Counted from the stretch's first letter, positions 32,580-42,705 are shown. The stretch is 64,000 nt of DNA from Firmicutes bacterium UBA5227 (GCA_002409285.1 DHUT01000088.1:11158-75157); one strand, 5' to 3'. Numbers and translations are program-made. Notes: generated by a model from the sequence alone, not told the origin.

Positions 32580-35306
32580 TTAAAGTTTTATATAGTTAAA
32601 TTTAATATTCATTTGTTTCGCAATCTCGGCTTCACGTTCCTGACAGGTGAATAGAATAACCTGTCTTCTTTCGCTCTCCTTTGAAAGCATTTCCAGGGAA
32701 TTCTTAAGCCTCTTTGAATCATATTGAACAAAGCTGTCGTCAAATATCAGCGGAATACTTTTTTTGCCGCTTAAAATATTGCCGAGGCTGACTCTCAATG
32801 ACAAATACAGCTGGTCAAGAGTTCCTCCGCTGAGACTTTCCAGTTCAATATTCCTTTGCGGATTGTTCTCCTCTGCCACACTGATATTCATATCTTCATC
32901 TATTACTACTTCACTGTACCTGCCTCCGGTCAAATATGAAAAGTTATCGCTGATTGATTTCCTGAGAAGAGGCATAAAATCGCCTTTAATAGAATCAGAT
33001 ATCTTAACTATTTTATCTGCTGCGATCTCTGCGACTTTTATTTTTGTGTTAAATGCTTTTATTTTATTTTCGTAAAAATCTATTTCTTCCTCAATCTCAG
33101 CAAGGCTTCTTGTTGTACTCTCAATTTCGTCAATTTCTTTTAGCATATTGCCAATATCGTCTGATAACTTTGATTTTTTCTCGTTTAGCCTGAAAATATT
33201 CAGTTGGTGCTCCTGTCTGTCAAGTTTTTTTACTTCATAGAAATTAACATTTTTCGTTTTATTCTTTAACTCTTCAAAGTCATCAGTACCAATTATTTTT
33301 TTTAATACACCCAACTTATAATCCCTGTTGTTTATAAGCTCCTTATATTTTTCACTATATTCCACATCTTTTTTAAAGCTATCCAAATCATAAGCTCCAT
33401 TGCTGCTTAAAATAAGCTCAAGCCTTTTTTCCTCAAAGGTTATTTCTTTATTTAGCTTTACAATGTCCTGGTTTAATTGCTTAATATCGCCTTTTAACTT
33501 TTCTTCATCAGCTCTTACAGAATCTTTCCTTGAAAAAGCATCATTGGCTTCCTTAATATTCTCAGCATTAATTTCCTGCATTCCCAGTGCAGACAGAAAC
33601 TTTACAATGCTGTTTTTTAGTTCTAAATTTTCATGCTCTAATGAATCTAAAGAATCAGCATCACATTTAAGCAGTCTGCCTTTTTCTTCATACAGTTGTT
33701 TTTCAGCACTTAAGTTATTAAACTTTTCAATAAAGCTTTCAATATTTCCGCAGCCTGCTTCCGCAATTATTTCCTGCTTTTCTTTGTCCATCTTATCCAA
33801 TGAAATCGTATAATCTGCAAATTCACATTCCATGCTGTCAATTTCATTTTTAGAATTTCTGATTTTTTTGAACATTGGTCTTATAATAACTGAGAATAAT
33901 ATTGCAATTAAAGCTGTAAGAATTGCTGCAGCTATATTAACAGACTCCTGTGCTGCATAATACCGGTCAATAAACTTCTTAATTATATCCCCATATTGAA
34001 AGCATGACCACCACACACCGGCAATCAAAGCTGCCGCAAGTAAAAATAACAATACTGCATTTCTTATTTTAGACAGCCTATAGCTTTTCATTTTTTCATA
34101 GTTTTCTTTATTCACAAAAACATTAGTCATTTCCATTTTTCCGGTAATATCTTCAAGCTTCTGATGGCTGTCAAGAAGGCTGTTTATTTCATCAATGTTA
34201 ATGTTACTGATTTCTTCTTTTCCCGAACTGATTTTATCCTTAAGTTCGTTTATTTCAGCAATATTGTTCCGATATCTTTGAAAATCTAAATTTAATCTCT
34301 CAATATCAAATTGTTCCCCGATTTTATTGGATATATCCTCAAGCAGACCGGTCAGCTCTTCTTCTTTATCTTTTTTTTCACTTTCAAGGCTTCGCTTCCG
34401 ACTGTACATGGAATTTAGGGAACCTTCAACATTCACTGCCTCTCTGTAATCACTTTCCGAATACTCTTTAAATTTGTCCGGAGAAAAACTTAAAAGTTTT
34501 TCATTAATTTCATCCAGCTCTTTTTTTATCGGTTCCGCCCTTAAATACCTGTCCTTTTCTATAGAAAGCTCATAGTCCCTTAATTCTTTGTTAAGTTCAT
34601 CAATTTGCAGATTAAGCTCCTGAATTTTACTTCCGGTTTTTTTCTTTTCCATTACAAGAAACATTACTTGTCTTTTTGCATTCAGCGAATTTCCCTTTGC
34701 ATCTTCAAGTTCTGACAATCGCAGAGAATACTGACCAAGAAGTGTTTTATCATTACTTTCATCACCGGCTTCCTCTTTTATGCTGCCCAGGCTCTGTAAA
34801 ATCCTGTCGATGGAAATTGATTCATCTCTTGTCTTGCTAAGGTTTATTATTTTATTTTTAAGTTCATCCGCCAGCTCTTTTTCTGTTTTATTCCCCAGTT
34901 GTCTTACACTTACCGTATTGTTGAATGCAAGCTTGCTCATATTAAAAAAGTGCTCACCGGGACACAGTATTTCCTCTTCAATCATTTCCGGCTCGTCATT
35001 AAGTTTTTTGAACACCTGCGTGGTTCCGAGCATGAAATCCTTTGAGATCAGAAATCTTTCTTCATTGTTATCCCTGATACCTATAGTTCCTTTGTAAAGA
35101 CCGCTGTCCCAGGGCTTATATTTGTTATACCTTAAAATTCCGGCAGCATCTTCATCAAAGCCATATAAGACAGCCTCTATAAAATTATGTATCGTACTTT
35201 TCCCTGCCTCATTTTCACCATATATAATATTAAATTTATTTTCAAAATATAATCTTTTATATACAAACTTACCGAAAGCTCTTAAATGTAATTTATTAAT
35301 ATACAT
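32580..35306 (-). CDS. YhaN/SbcC-like SMC-type ATPase with a central transmembrane hairpin
   Basis: Walker A GENEAGKST, long coiled coils, two hydrophobic segments mid-protein, LSGG signature, LIFDDSF Walker B. Confidence 0.88.
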   Translation of the reverse strand: MYINKLHLRAFGKFVYKRLYFENKFNIIYGENEAGKSTIHNFIEAVLYGFDEDAAGILRYNKYKPWDSGLYKGTIGIRDNNEERFLISKDFMLGTTQVFKKLNDEPEMIEEEILCPGEHFFNMSKLAFNNTVSVRQLGNKTEKELADELKNKIINLSKTRDESISIDRILQSLGSIKEEAGDESNDKTLLGQYSLRLSELEDAKGNSLNAKRQVMFLVMEKKKTGSKIQELNLQIDELNKELRDYELSIEKDRYLRAEPIKKELDEINEKLLSFSPDKFKEYSESDYREAVNVEGSLNSMYSRKRSLESEKKDKEEELTGLLEDISNKIGEQFDIERLNLDFQRYRNNIAEINELKDKISSGKEEISNINIDEINSLLDSHQKLEDITGKMEMTNVFVNKENYEKMKSYRLSKIRNAVLLFLLAAALIAGVWWSCFQYGDIIKKFIDRYYAAQESVNIAAAILTALIAILFSVIIRPMFKKIRNSKNEIDSMECEFADYTISLDKMDKEKQEIIAEAGCGNIESFIEKFNNLSAEKQLYEEKGRLLKCDADSLDSLEHENLELKNSIVKFLSALGMQEINAENIKEANDAFSRKDSVRADEEKLKGDIKQLNQDIVKLNKEITFEEKRLELILSSNGAYDLDSFKKDVEYSEKYKELINNRDYKLGVLKKIIGTDDFEELKNKTKNVNFYEVKKLDRQEHQLNIFRLNEKKSKLSDDIGNMLKEIDEIESTTRSLAEIEEEIDFYENKIKAFNTKIKVAEIAADKIVKISDSIKGDFMPLLRKSISDNFSYLTGGRYSEVVIDEDMNISVAEENNPQRNIELESLSGGTLDQLYLSLRVSLGNILSGKKSIPLIFDDSFVQYDSKRLKNSLEMLSKESERRQVILFTCQEREAEIAKQMNIKFNYIKL

Positions 35307-35307
35307 A

Positions 35308-36405
35308 TTATTTTACCACCTTTTCCTTTCGGAGAACCTCAAGTCCCAACTTAAACGCCTGCTGCTCCAGCTTGTCCTGGTTATTTCTGAATTGCAGCTT
35401 GTAGCTTTCAATAATATTAAACTCATTGTGGTCATAAATTTTTTCATCTGAATTCTTGTAAATATAATTCTCTTCAAACTCTATGTAGTAAAAAAACTGC
35501 CTTGCTTCGTTTTCAACTTCATCCATGGATACATCGGTATTGACAGTACCTGTAAGATTGATTTTCACATAATCTTTAATGTTTGAAAATGTATCACCTG
35601 AAAACTTAATTAAATCAAGTATTTTATTAAAACTGTAATTTATATTCAGGTTACAGCTGCGTGTAACAAACTTTCTCTTTGCCAGCTGGTGCATCTTAAA
35701 ATCCACATTTCTTTTTTCCAGAATTCCCTTTATTATTCCATGTTCCCCGGATTCTTCAAAATCCATGGGTTCAGGGCTTCCACAATAGGCAGCATTATCT
35801 GATACCTTTAAAAAGTTATGCTTACCACCCAATGCACAGTATTCAAATTTATTCTTAATTATATTCAGATCTACAAAAAGATTATTTGACTGCTCATCCG
35901 TATCACAATGAAGCAGGAGGACATTAGTTTTATTCTCATCGACGGAAATATCATATATTGCCTGGGATTTAAGGTTTTGCACCTGGTTGTCCCAGCTCAT
36001 GGAAAAAATACACATATTATATTCCGGAAAATTTAATTTTTCCACAACTTCTGTATTTTTAACAATATATACGTTTTCGGGCCACTCAATATATTCATAC
36101 ATGCTGTTTATATTGTACGGGTCACTTTTGCCACATGCAATTACTACCTTTGTTTCGGGAATAGACTTAAATTTCAACACAATCTTTTTGAGGCTGCTAA
36201 AGCTTAAATATTCTGCTTCTGTTAAATCACCTGAAATAAACAAAAACTCGGTTTTCTCATTTTTTGCAAGCTTTATTATCTCATCAAATGTATCCCATAT
36301 TTCCTGTCTTCTTTTTTCTCTCTCTTTTAAACTGAAATTTTTAATATCAAACTTCCTGTCTAAGTGTATATCTGAAGTATGTATAAATTTAATTTTCATA
36401 AACAC
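35308..36405 (-). CDS. YhaO/SbcD/Mre11-like metallophosphoesterase with degenerate active site
   Basis: DIH, GD and YCGSPE retained; GNHD reads GKSD and GHxH reads GGKH. Confidence 0.82.
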   Translation of the reverse strand: MFMKIKFIHTSDIHLDRKFDIKNFSLKEREKRRQEIWDTFDEIIKLAKNEKTEFLFISGDLTEAEYLSFSSLKKIVLKFKSIPETKVVIACGKSDPYNINSMYEYIEWPENVYIVKNTEVVEKLNFPEYNMCIFSMSWDNQVQNLKSQAIYDISVDENKTNVLLLHCDTDEQSNNLFVDLNIIKNKFEYCALGGKHNFLKVSDNAAYCGSPEPMDFEESGEHGIIKGILEKRNVDFKMHQLAKRKFVTRSCNLNINYSFNKILDLIKFSGDTFSNIKDYVKINLTGTVNTDVSMDEVENEARQFFYYIEFEENYIYKNSDEKIYDHNEFNIIESYKLQFRNNQDKLEQQAFKLGLEVLRKEKVVK

Positions 36406-36547
36406 TCCTTATCCCATATTATTCGGCACATGTTAGGTTTCAGGCTTAAAAACTGCAGCCGTCTCCTGCCAGTCATCTTGTCAATACAATTTTAACACAG
36501 AAATTCCTTTCCTTCAATAATTTATATAAATATGATAAATATGTACA

Positions 36548-37237
36548 TTAATCCGCTAATTCCTTAAGTTTCTCCAAATCTGTTATTTTTACTGTAGAAC
36601 GATATACTTCAATGATTTCATCCTGCTGCATATTTGAAAGCTCTCTTGATAAGGATGGTCTTTTAACATTTAAAAAATCTGCAAGCTCCTGCCTTTTCAT
36701 GGGTATATCAAACATAGGGGAATTATTTTTATTATGAAGCGTCAATAAATAAACTGCAATTCTGCCTCTTAAGGTTTCAGCATTCAAAATATGCATCTTA
36801 TTATTCAGCATGACAATCTTATCTGACAAAATCGAAAGCATATTGCCAATAAGCGTTTTATGAAAAGCACACACCTGACCACACATGGCAAAAAAAACGT
36901 TGTATGGAAAAATAAGAGCCCTGCTCCTTCCTGAGCTTATTAGATCATAGGGTGCCTTATTGAGGGTAGAAAAGACCAGCGCCTCACCAAACAAATCATT
37001 TTGTTCCAGTGTGGTAACTATAACCCTGGCTCCGCTGTATTTCTGGGAAATCAAATTAAACTGCCCTTCAATTACAATACCAAGCTTTTTAATAATATCA
37101 TCTTTCCGAAATACCACCTGATTGTTTTCATATTCTACAATCTGAGCATTGCTGCATTTTATGATTTGCTTTATTTCGTCTTCCCTTATATTATCAAACA
37201 ACTGATTATTTTTAATTATTTTAATAATATCGTCCAT
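36548..37237 (-). CDS. Crp/Fnr-family transcriptional regulator (HcpR-like)
   Basis: cNMP-binding fold (FGEALVF), C-terminal HTH RQELADFLNVKRPSLSREL. Confidence 0.9.
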   Translation of the reverse strand: MDDIIKIIKNNQLFDNIREDEIKQIIKCSNAQIVEYENNQVVFRKDDIIKKLGIVIEGQFNLISQKYSGARVIVTTLEQNDLFGEALVFSTLNKAPYDLISSGRSRALIFPYNVFFAMCGQVCAFHKTLIGNMLSILSDKIVMLNNKMHILNAETLRGRIAVYLLTLHNKNNSPMFDIPMKRQELADFLNVKRPSLSRELSNMQQDEIIEVYRSTVKITDLEKLKELAD

Positions 37238-37253
37238 AACTCGCTCCTTAACA

Positions 37254-37267
37254 GTAACAAATGTTAC
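37254..37267. promoter_or_regulatory. Palindromic operator GTAAC-N4-GTTAC (candidate site for the adjacent Crp/Fnr protein)
   Basis: gtaacaaatgttac in the short divergent intergenic region; resembles the motif I recall for clostridial HcpR-type regulators. Confidence 0.6.
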
Positions 37268-37334
37268 ATACTTTATATATTGATTTTAATATAATAAACT
37301 TAATAAGTAAAGATTAATTATTGAGAGGTAAAAA

Positions 37335-38045
37335 ATGAGAAGAAAAATAGTTAAAATACACGAAGAAAAATGCAACGGATGCGGATTGTGTGTTAACGCC
37401 TGCCACGAAGGTGCGTTAGAGCTGAGAAATGGCAAGGCTGTATTACTTTCAGATGTATATTGCGATGGACTTGGAGATTGCCTTCCTCAATGCCCTGTTG
37501 ATGCAATCGAAATTATTGAAAGAGATGCAGAAGAATTTGACAAAGAATTGGTTGAAAGAAAAATGCAGGAAAGAAAGCAGACAGAAGAGCCGATGCCTTG
37601 CGGATGCCCGGGACATCAGGCAAAAGTAATAAAGCATAGAGAAACTTCAGATATAAAGGAAGAAAAGATTGAACTGACAAGCCAGTTAAAGCAATGGCCG
37701 GTACAAATAAAGCTAATTTCCCCGATGGCACCTTATTTTGACGGTGCGGACATACTTGTTGCCGCAGATTGTACGGCCTATGCATATGCCAATATTCATC
37801 AGGAATTCATGAAGGGCAAAATCACCCTCATAGGATGCCCTAAGCTGGATGACATTGATTATTCGGAGAAACTTACCGCCATTTTAAAGAATAACGACGT
37901 AAAAAGCATAACCGTATTGAGAATGGAAGTTCCATGCTGCGCAGGTATTGTAAATGCCGTTAAAACCGCAATAATTCAATCAGGAAAGCTAATACCCTGG
38001 GGCTATAAAATAGTATCCACAGACGGAACGCTGTTGGACAATTAA
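37335..38045 (+). CDS. 4Fe-4S dicluster protein (hcp-associated iron-sulfur family)
   Basis: CNGCGLCVNAC and CDGLGDCLPQCP ferredoxin motifs; WPVQ, GCPKLD, MEVPCC. Confidence 0.88.
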   Translation: MRRKIVKIHEEKCNGCGLCVNACHEGALELRNGKAVLLSDVYCDGLGDCLPQCPVDAIEIIERDAEEFDKELVERKMQERKQTEEPMPCGCPGHQAKVIKHRETSDIKEEKIELTSQLKQWPVQIKLISPMAPYFDGADILVAADCTAYAYANIHQEFMKGKITLIGCPKLDDIDYSEKLTAILKNNDVKSITVLRMEVPCCAGIVNAVKTAIIQSGKLIPWGYKIVSTDGTLLDN

Positions 38046-38061
38046 GAATCAAACTAAACTT

Positions 38062-38097
38062 AAAAAGGATACTGAAATTTTCAGCATCCTTTTTTTT
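38062..38097. terminator. Bidirectional terminator between convergent genes
   Basis: aaaaaggat.ctgaa / ttcag.atccttttt stem with flanking A/T tracts. Confidence 0.85.
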
Positions 38098-38833
38098 AAT
38101 AAAATACCTCTTTTAAAAATAAGGCTTTTGCAGGTACCATTGGACCTGCTTCCGCTCTTTTTTTCGCATTTAGAATATCTTCTACATCTTTAACTTTTAA
38201 TCTTTCTTTTCCTGCTTCGATCAATGTACCCAGTATTATTCTGACCATATTCCACAAAAATCCATTTCCGTTGATTTCTATTTGTATGATTCCATCTTTT
38301 TCTTCTATATTAATATAATTAACAGTCCTTATAGTGGATTTTGTCTTGGATTTTAAGGTTGTAAAGCTTTGAAAATCATGTGTGCCTGTTAAAGCTTCGG
38401 AGCACTGTCTCATGTTTCCCAAATTCAGTTGTTCATTTACATTATATACATATCTTCTGTCAAACACACTTTTGACCCTGCTGTTGTTTATCCTGTAAAG
38501 GTAAGTCTTTGATAATATGTTGTATCTGGCATGAAATCTTTCGCTGGCGTCTTTTGCAGACAACAGGGCTATATCATCCGGAAGATTATCATTAATGTAT
38601 TTAAACATGGTTTCTGTGCTCATAATTGAATTTGTATGAAAATTAGCAGTGTAGTTTAATGCATGAACTCCGGCATCAGTTCTTCCGCAGCCTATAAGCT
38701 GTATGTTTTCTCCGGTCATCCCGCTTAGTATGTCTTCTAATCTTCCTTGTACTGTACTCACATCATCATTCTGCTTCTGCCACCCCTTGTACCTGGCTCC
38801 GTCATACTGGATTATCATCTTTATATTTCTCAT
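38096..38833 (-). CDS. truA: tRNA pseudouridine(38-40) synthase
   Basis: YDGARYKGWQ, GRTDAGVHA, FHARY, GFLWNMVR. Confidence 0.95.
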   Translation of the reverse strand: MRNIKMIIQYDGARYKGWQKQNDDVSTVQGRLEDILSGMTGENIQLIGCGRTDAGVHALNYTANFHTNSIMSTETMFKYINDNLPDDIALLSAKDASERFHARYNILSKTYLYRINNSRVKSVFDRRYVYNVNEQLNLGNMRQCSEALTGTHDFQSFTTLKSKTKSTIRTVNYINIEEKDGIIQIEINGNGFLWNMVRIILGTLIEAGKERLKVKDVEDILNAKKRAEAGPMVPAKALFLKEVFY

Positions 38834-39035
38834 AATATCTTAGACATACAATTGTAAACAATTGTCCCCTCCATTTGAACTATAATTTATTATAGCTTAT
38901 TTTAAAATATTTACAATAAAAATATGATATATCAATTATACTCCAAAAATAATAATTGATATTTGTAAAAAAATAATATATACTGTAAGTAAGAAAGTAG
39001 GAATTTACAACTTGCGAAATATAGGAGATGATATT

Positions 39036-39299
39036 ATGTTAGCAGAATTACGTTCAAAATCACAAATCACGATTCCAAAAGAACTTGTTGAAAAACTTGG
39101 TCTTTCTGAAGGTGATAAGCTTGATATTTTTGAGGATAATGGTGTAATCTGCATTATGCCTGTGGTAGTTTATCCAAAAAAATATCTTGATGAACTAAAA
39201 AAAGAGCTTGAACAAACTAAAGTAAAATTAGCTTCTGGTGAACAACCGGTTTTCGATAATGTCGATGCACTTTTTTCAAAGCTGGAGGAAACTCAATAA
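39036..39299 (+). CDS. AbrB/MazE-family antitoxin
   Basis: Start set at ATG 39036 after AGGAGA; KSQITIPKELVEKLGLSEGD swapped-hairpin motif; stop overlaps the next start. Confidence 0.85.
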   Translation: MLAELRSKSQITIPKELVEKLGLSEGDKLDIFEDNGVICIMPVVVYPKKYLDELKKELEQTKVKLASGEQPVFDNVDALFSKLEETQ

Positions 39300-39565
39300 T
39301 GTCGTATCAATTTACATTTACCAGCCGATTTCAGAAACATTACAAATCTTTAACCTCACAGGAAAAGAAACAGCTAATGAACAAGCTTAAATTGCTTGCT
39401 GATAATCCAACACATCCTTCGCTAAGAACCAAGCATATACAGGGAATGGAGGACTTGTTTGAATGCAGCATCAATATGGATATCCGAATCATTTGGTACT
39501 ATGAAGGAAATAAAATGATCATTCTTTTAGATGTAGGACGTCATGATATTTTAAAGCAGTTTTGA
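39299..39565 (+). CDS. RelE/YafQ-superfamily toxin
   Basis: 88 aa; FQKHYK, HPSLRTKHIQG, DIRII, LLDVGRHD. Confidence 0.8.
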   Translation: MSYQFTFTSRFQKHYKSLTSQEKKQLMNKLKLLADNPTHPSLRTKHIQGMEDLFECSINMDIRIIWYYEGNKMIILLDVGRHDILKQF

Positions 39566-39589
39566 AATAACTGCTTTATTTTTTTGCAG

Positions 39590-40363
39590 TCATACCGCTT
39601 CAGAAAATGAACCGTAATTTCTTGAATTGTATACTTCGAGCAGCTCTTTCTCTGTAATGTCTTTGTTCCTCACATCAAGTACAACCTCACCCTTGTTGAG
39701 CATCACTATTCTGTCAGAATATTTAATAGTATCCTTAATGTTATGAGAAATCATCATTGTTGTTATTGACTGAGTTTTTATAAGCTCCTGTGTCTTCTCC
39801 ATTACCAGCCTTGATGTCTTTGGATCAAGAGCTGCCGTGTGTTCGTCAAGAAGAAGAAGTTCCGGCTTGTTCAATGTTGCCATAAGCAATGAAAGAGACT
39901 GCCTTTGCCCTCCCGAAAGAAATTTAACCTCTGTGTCTAATTTGTTCTCCAGTCCCAAATCCAAAGTCCTGAGTATTTCCCGGTATTGCTCAATGCTGCT
40001 TTTCTTTATCAGACCTCGCAAAGTAAACTTCCGGCATTTCTTATTTGATAGACTTATATTCTCCAGTATGGTCAAAGAAGGAGATACTCCCATTGAAGGA
40101 TTCTGATGCACTCTGCCTATGAACCTGGCTCTTTCGTTTTCTTTCAATTTATTTATGTTTTTCCCATTTAATATTACATTCCCTTTTTCCGGGATCAGTA
40201 CTCCGCTTATTATGTTAAACAATGTGCTTTTGCCACATCCGTTTGCACCCAGTATCCCCGTGCATTCACCCTTGTTTATATGAAGACTGAAGTCACTGAA
40301 TATTACCGCTTCATTTTCTGTCCCTTCATTAAAACTTTTTGATATATTCTTAATTTCCAGCAT
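39590..40363 (-). CDS. ABC transporter ATP-binding protein (aromatic amino-acid uptake type)
   Basis: GANGCGKST, LSGGQRQ, LLDEHTAALDP. Confidence 0.93.
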   Translation of the reverse strand: MLEIKNISKSFNEGTENEAVIFSDFSLHINKGECTGILGANGCGKSTLFNIISGVLIPEKGNVILNGKNINKLKENERARFIGRVHQNPSMGVSPSLTILENISLSNKKCRKFTLRGLIKKSSIEQYREILRTLDLGLENKLDTEVKFLSGGQRQSLSLLMATLNKPELLLLDEHTAALDPKTSRLVMEKTQELIKTQSITTMMISHNIKDTIKYSDRIVMLNKGEVVLDVRNKDITEKELLEVYNSRNYGSFSEAV

Positions 40364-41270
40364 TTACTTTTCCTCCTTTTTTTAGCTCTGATGCTTCCTT
40401 TAATGTAAAGATTTTTGATTTAACTGATTTTCTTATTCCATCCCCAAATGTATTATAGCTTAAAAATCCTATTACTATTATTGCATTTATTGCCTTCAAA
40501 TCTGTAGGCTCCAGCCCCAGGTCTATTGCCACCGCACCAATGAGTTTATACACTAATGCTCCGATTATTGCTCTTGTAGTATTTTTAAGCTTTTTGTTCT
40601 TTAATATGGTATCCCCCACTATTATTGAAGCTATTGCCACCACAATTATTCCCGTTCCCATGGTTATTTCCGCAAACCCCTGATATTGCGCCATCATTGC
40701 TCCGCTTAACGCAACGAGACCGTTTGAGAGCATGAGCCCGATTAACTTATATTTATTTGAGTTTTCGCCAAGGGATTTAACCAGCGTTTCGTTATCTCCT
40801 GTTGCAATCAGCAGGTATCCTATTTCTGTTTTCAAGAACATGTCCATCAATATTTTAACTGTCAAAACGATGATTATTAAAACTATTAACACCCCTGTTC
40901 CTTCAAATATGGCAAATATGGATCCATAATCAAAAAGTCCCACATTTGATTTGCCGTTTAGCCTCAGGTTTACAGAATACAAAATTGTCATTGTCAATAT
41001 TCCTGATAACAATGCCTTTATTTTAAGCTTTATATTTAACGTATAGGTTATGAGTCCTGCCAGCGTTCCGAATAAAAACGCCAGTATTGTACTTGTTGCA
41101 GGGCTCAGCCCTGAAGTTACAAGCTTAGCAAATACAAATGCCCCCATGGGAAATGTTCCTTCTACCGACATATCTGCAAAATCCAGTATTTTAAATGTTA
41201 TTGTGACTCCTATGGCAAGAACAGCAAATATTAAGCCCTGTTCCATTGATGTTAAAAATAATGTGTTCAT
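40350..41270 (-). CDS. ABC transporter permease (aromatic amino-acid uptake type)
   Basis: FADMSVEG, LLSGIL, GLMLSNGLVALSG. Confidence 0.9.
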   Translation of the reverse strand: MNTLFLTSMEQGLIFAVLAIGVTITFKILDFADMSVEGTFPMGAFVFAKLVTSGLSPATSTILAFLFGTLAGLITYTLNIKLKIKALLSGILTMTILYSVNLRLNGKSNVGLFDYGSIFAIFEGTGVLIVLIIIVLTVKILMDMFLKTEIGYLLIATGDNETLVKSLGENSNKYKLIGLMLSNGLVALSGAMMAQYQGFAEITMGTGIIVVAIASIIVGDTILKNKKLKNTTRAIIGALVYKLIGAVAIDLGLEPTDLKAINAIIVIGFLSYNTFGDGIRKSVKSKIFTLKEASELKKGGKVNAGN

Positions 41271-41349
41271 AATACCTCCCTTTGTAACAACTGCTGAGCG
41301 ATTGCAATGTGCCTCAACACATTATCATCAACGCTCAGCCATTGTTCAC

Positions 41350-42375
41350 CTATTGCTCCACCAGCTCTGCCCCTTCAAATGTCTTATTATCCTTTAAAAA
41401 CCCCAGTGCTTCCGCAGTTTTAACGTTGACCTTTTTTACTAATTTATCAGAAGATTGCACAGGTATATCTGCAACGCTTTTTTTATCAACTAATATTTGT
41501 TTTGCAATTACAGCCGACTGCTTCCCAATTTCGTAAAAGCTTATTCCTTTTGAAACCATAATTCCCTCATCCACGTGAGATCCATCCGCCGATATGGTTA
41601 TCATCTTATTGTCCAATGCAAGTTTAGCCACAAGTGACATTGCGGATGCAACCATGTTGTCTGTAATTATATACAGACCTTCAGCCTTTTTAGAAATTGT
41701 ATTCATTGCCTGAGGAATATCATTAACCGAAGTAATCCCAACAGTTTCGACTTTAAGGCCAAGCTCCTCTGCTACTTTTTTCGTCTCTTCAACCTGAACT
41801 TCAGAATTTGATTCTCCTATGTTGTAGATTATCCCTATTGTCTCTATATTTTCTTTAAGCTCTTTGAACATCTCCAGGTTTTCCTTGATTGGTGCCGCAT
41901 CCACAACACCTGTAATATTGCTATCGGTAGTATTCAAATCTATTACAAGCTGTGAAAATACCGGATCCGTCACTGCTGTAAACACCATTGGTATATCTGT
42001 CCCTGTAATAGCCTGCTTTGCTGTCTGTGCAGACAGTGTAGCTATGGCAAATATTAAATCAACGTCCTCTTTAACAAACCTTTCGGCAATCATTTGTGCA
42101 TTGGCAATATCCCCTTGTGCGCTTTGATCCAGAAATTCCACATTCACTCCCTGGTTTTTCATTTCATCAATAAAACCCTGCTTTGATGCATCCAATGCCG
42201 GATGCTCCGCCAGCTGTGATATTCCTATTGTAAAAGCTGCGCCCTCCTTATTTTCCCGGTTTTCCTGTTCTGAAGACTGTGCCGTACCCTGCGCACAACC
42301 CGTTAAAAGCATTGCAGTTACCATCACTAATGATGTAACTTTTTTAATTAAATTTAATTTCATAATATCCTCCAA
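41350..42375 (-). CDS. ABC substrate-binding lipoprotein, TrpX-like family (probably tyrosine)
   Basis: Lipobox LTGC, HPALD, VFTAVTDP, ESNS; downstream of a T-box. Confidence 0.88.
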   Translation of the reverse strand: MEDIMKLNLIKKVTSLVMVTAMLLTGCAQGTAQSSEQENRENKEGAAFTIGISQLAEHPALDASKQGFIDEMKNQGVNVEFLDQSAQGDIANAQMIAERFVKEDVDLIFAIATLSAQTAKQAITGTDIPMVFTAVTDPVFSQLVIDLNTTDSNITGVVDAAPIKENLEMFKELKENIETIGIIYNIGESNSEVQVEETKKVAEELGLKVETVGITSVNDIPQAMNTISKKAEGLYIITDNMVASAMSLVAKLALDNKMITISADGSHVDEGIMVSKGISFYEIGKQSAVIAKQILVDKKSVADIPVQSSDKLVKKVNVKTAEALGFLKDNKTFEGAELVEQ

Positions 42376-42437
42376 AGTAATTGATGTAATTGATGTAATT
42401 GATTATTTTATATTAACTTTGGCCAAAAGTTATATAC

Positions 42438-42705
42438 AAAAAGTCCCTATAAGCACATATGTGCTTATAGGGACGAAATCTTCCGCGGTACCACCCTGAT
42501 TATGATATCATTATAATATCATCACTCTTCGGGGTCTAACAACCCCTAACCCTGTAACGAAGGTTCTCGTGTCCGCCTACTCGTTATCTTTCAGCAAACC
42601 TGCTCAGCAGTGTATATTATATTCCTCTGTCCTTGGCTCTCAGCACCCGCCAATTCTCTGTAAACGTCTGAAATATTTTTCTCTGCTTCAACGCTTTAAA
42701 CTTAT
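42438..42705 (-). ncRNA. T-box riboswitch, probable Tyr (UAC) specifier
   Basis: T-box AGGGTGGTACCGCG at 42484-42497, long terminator stem gtccctataagcac/gtgcttatagggac plus T-tract, stem I AGAGA and GGTGCTGAGA motifs; TAC at 42612-42614 in the putative specifier loop. Confidence 0.9.

Noticed and set aside
36455-36490. Possible attenuator in the yhaO-like leader
   Set aside because: The hairpin plus T-tract is more simply the terminator of the upstream Crp/Fnr gene.
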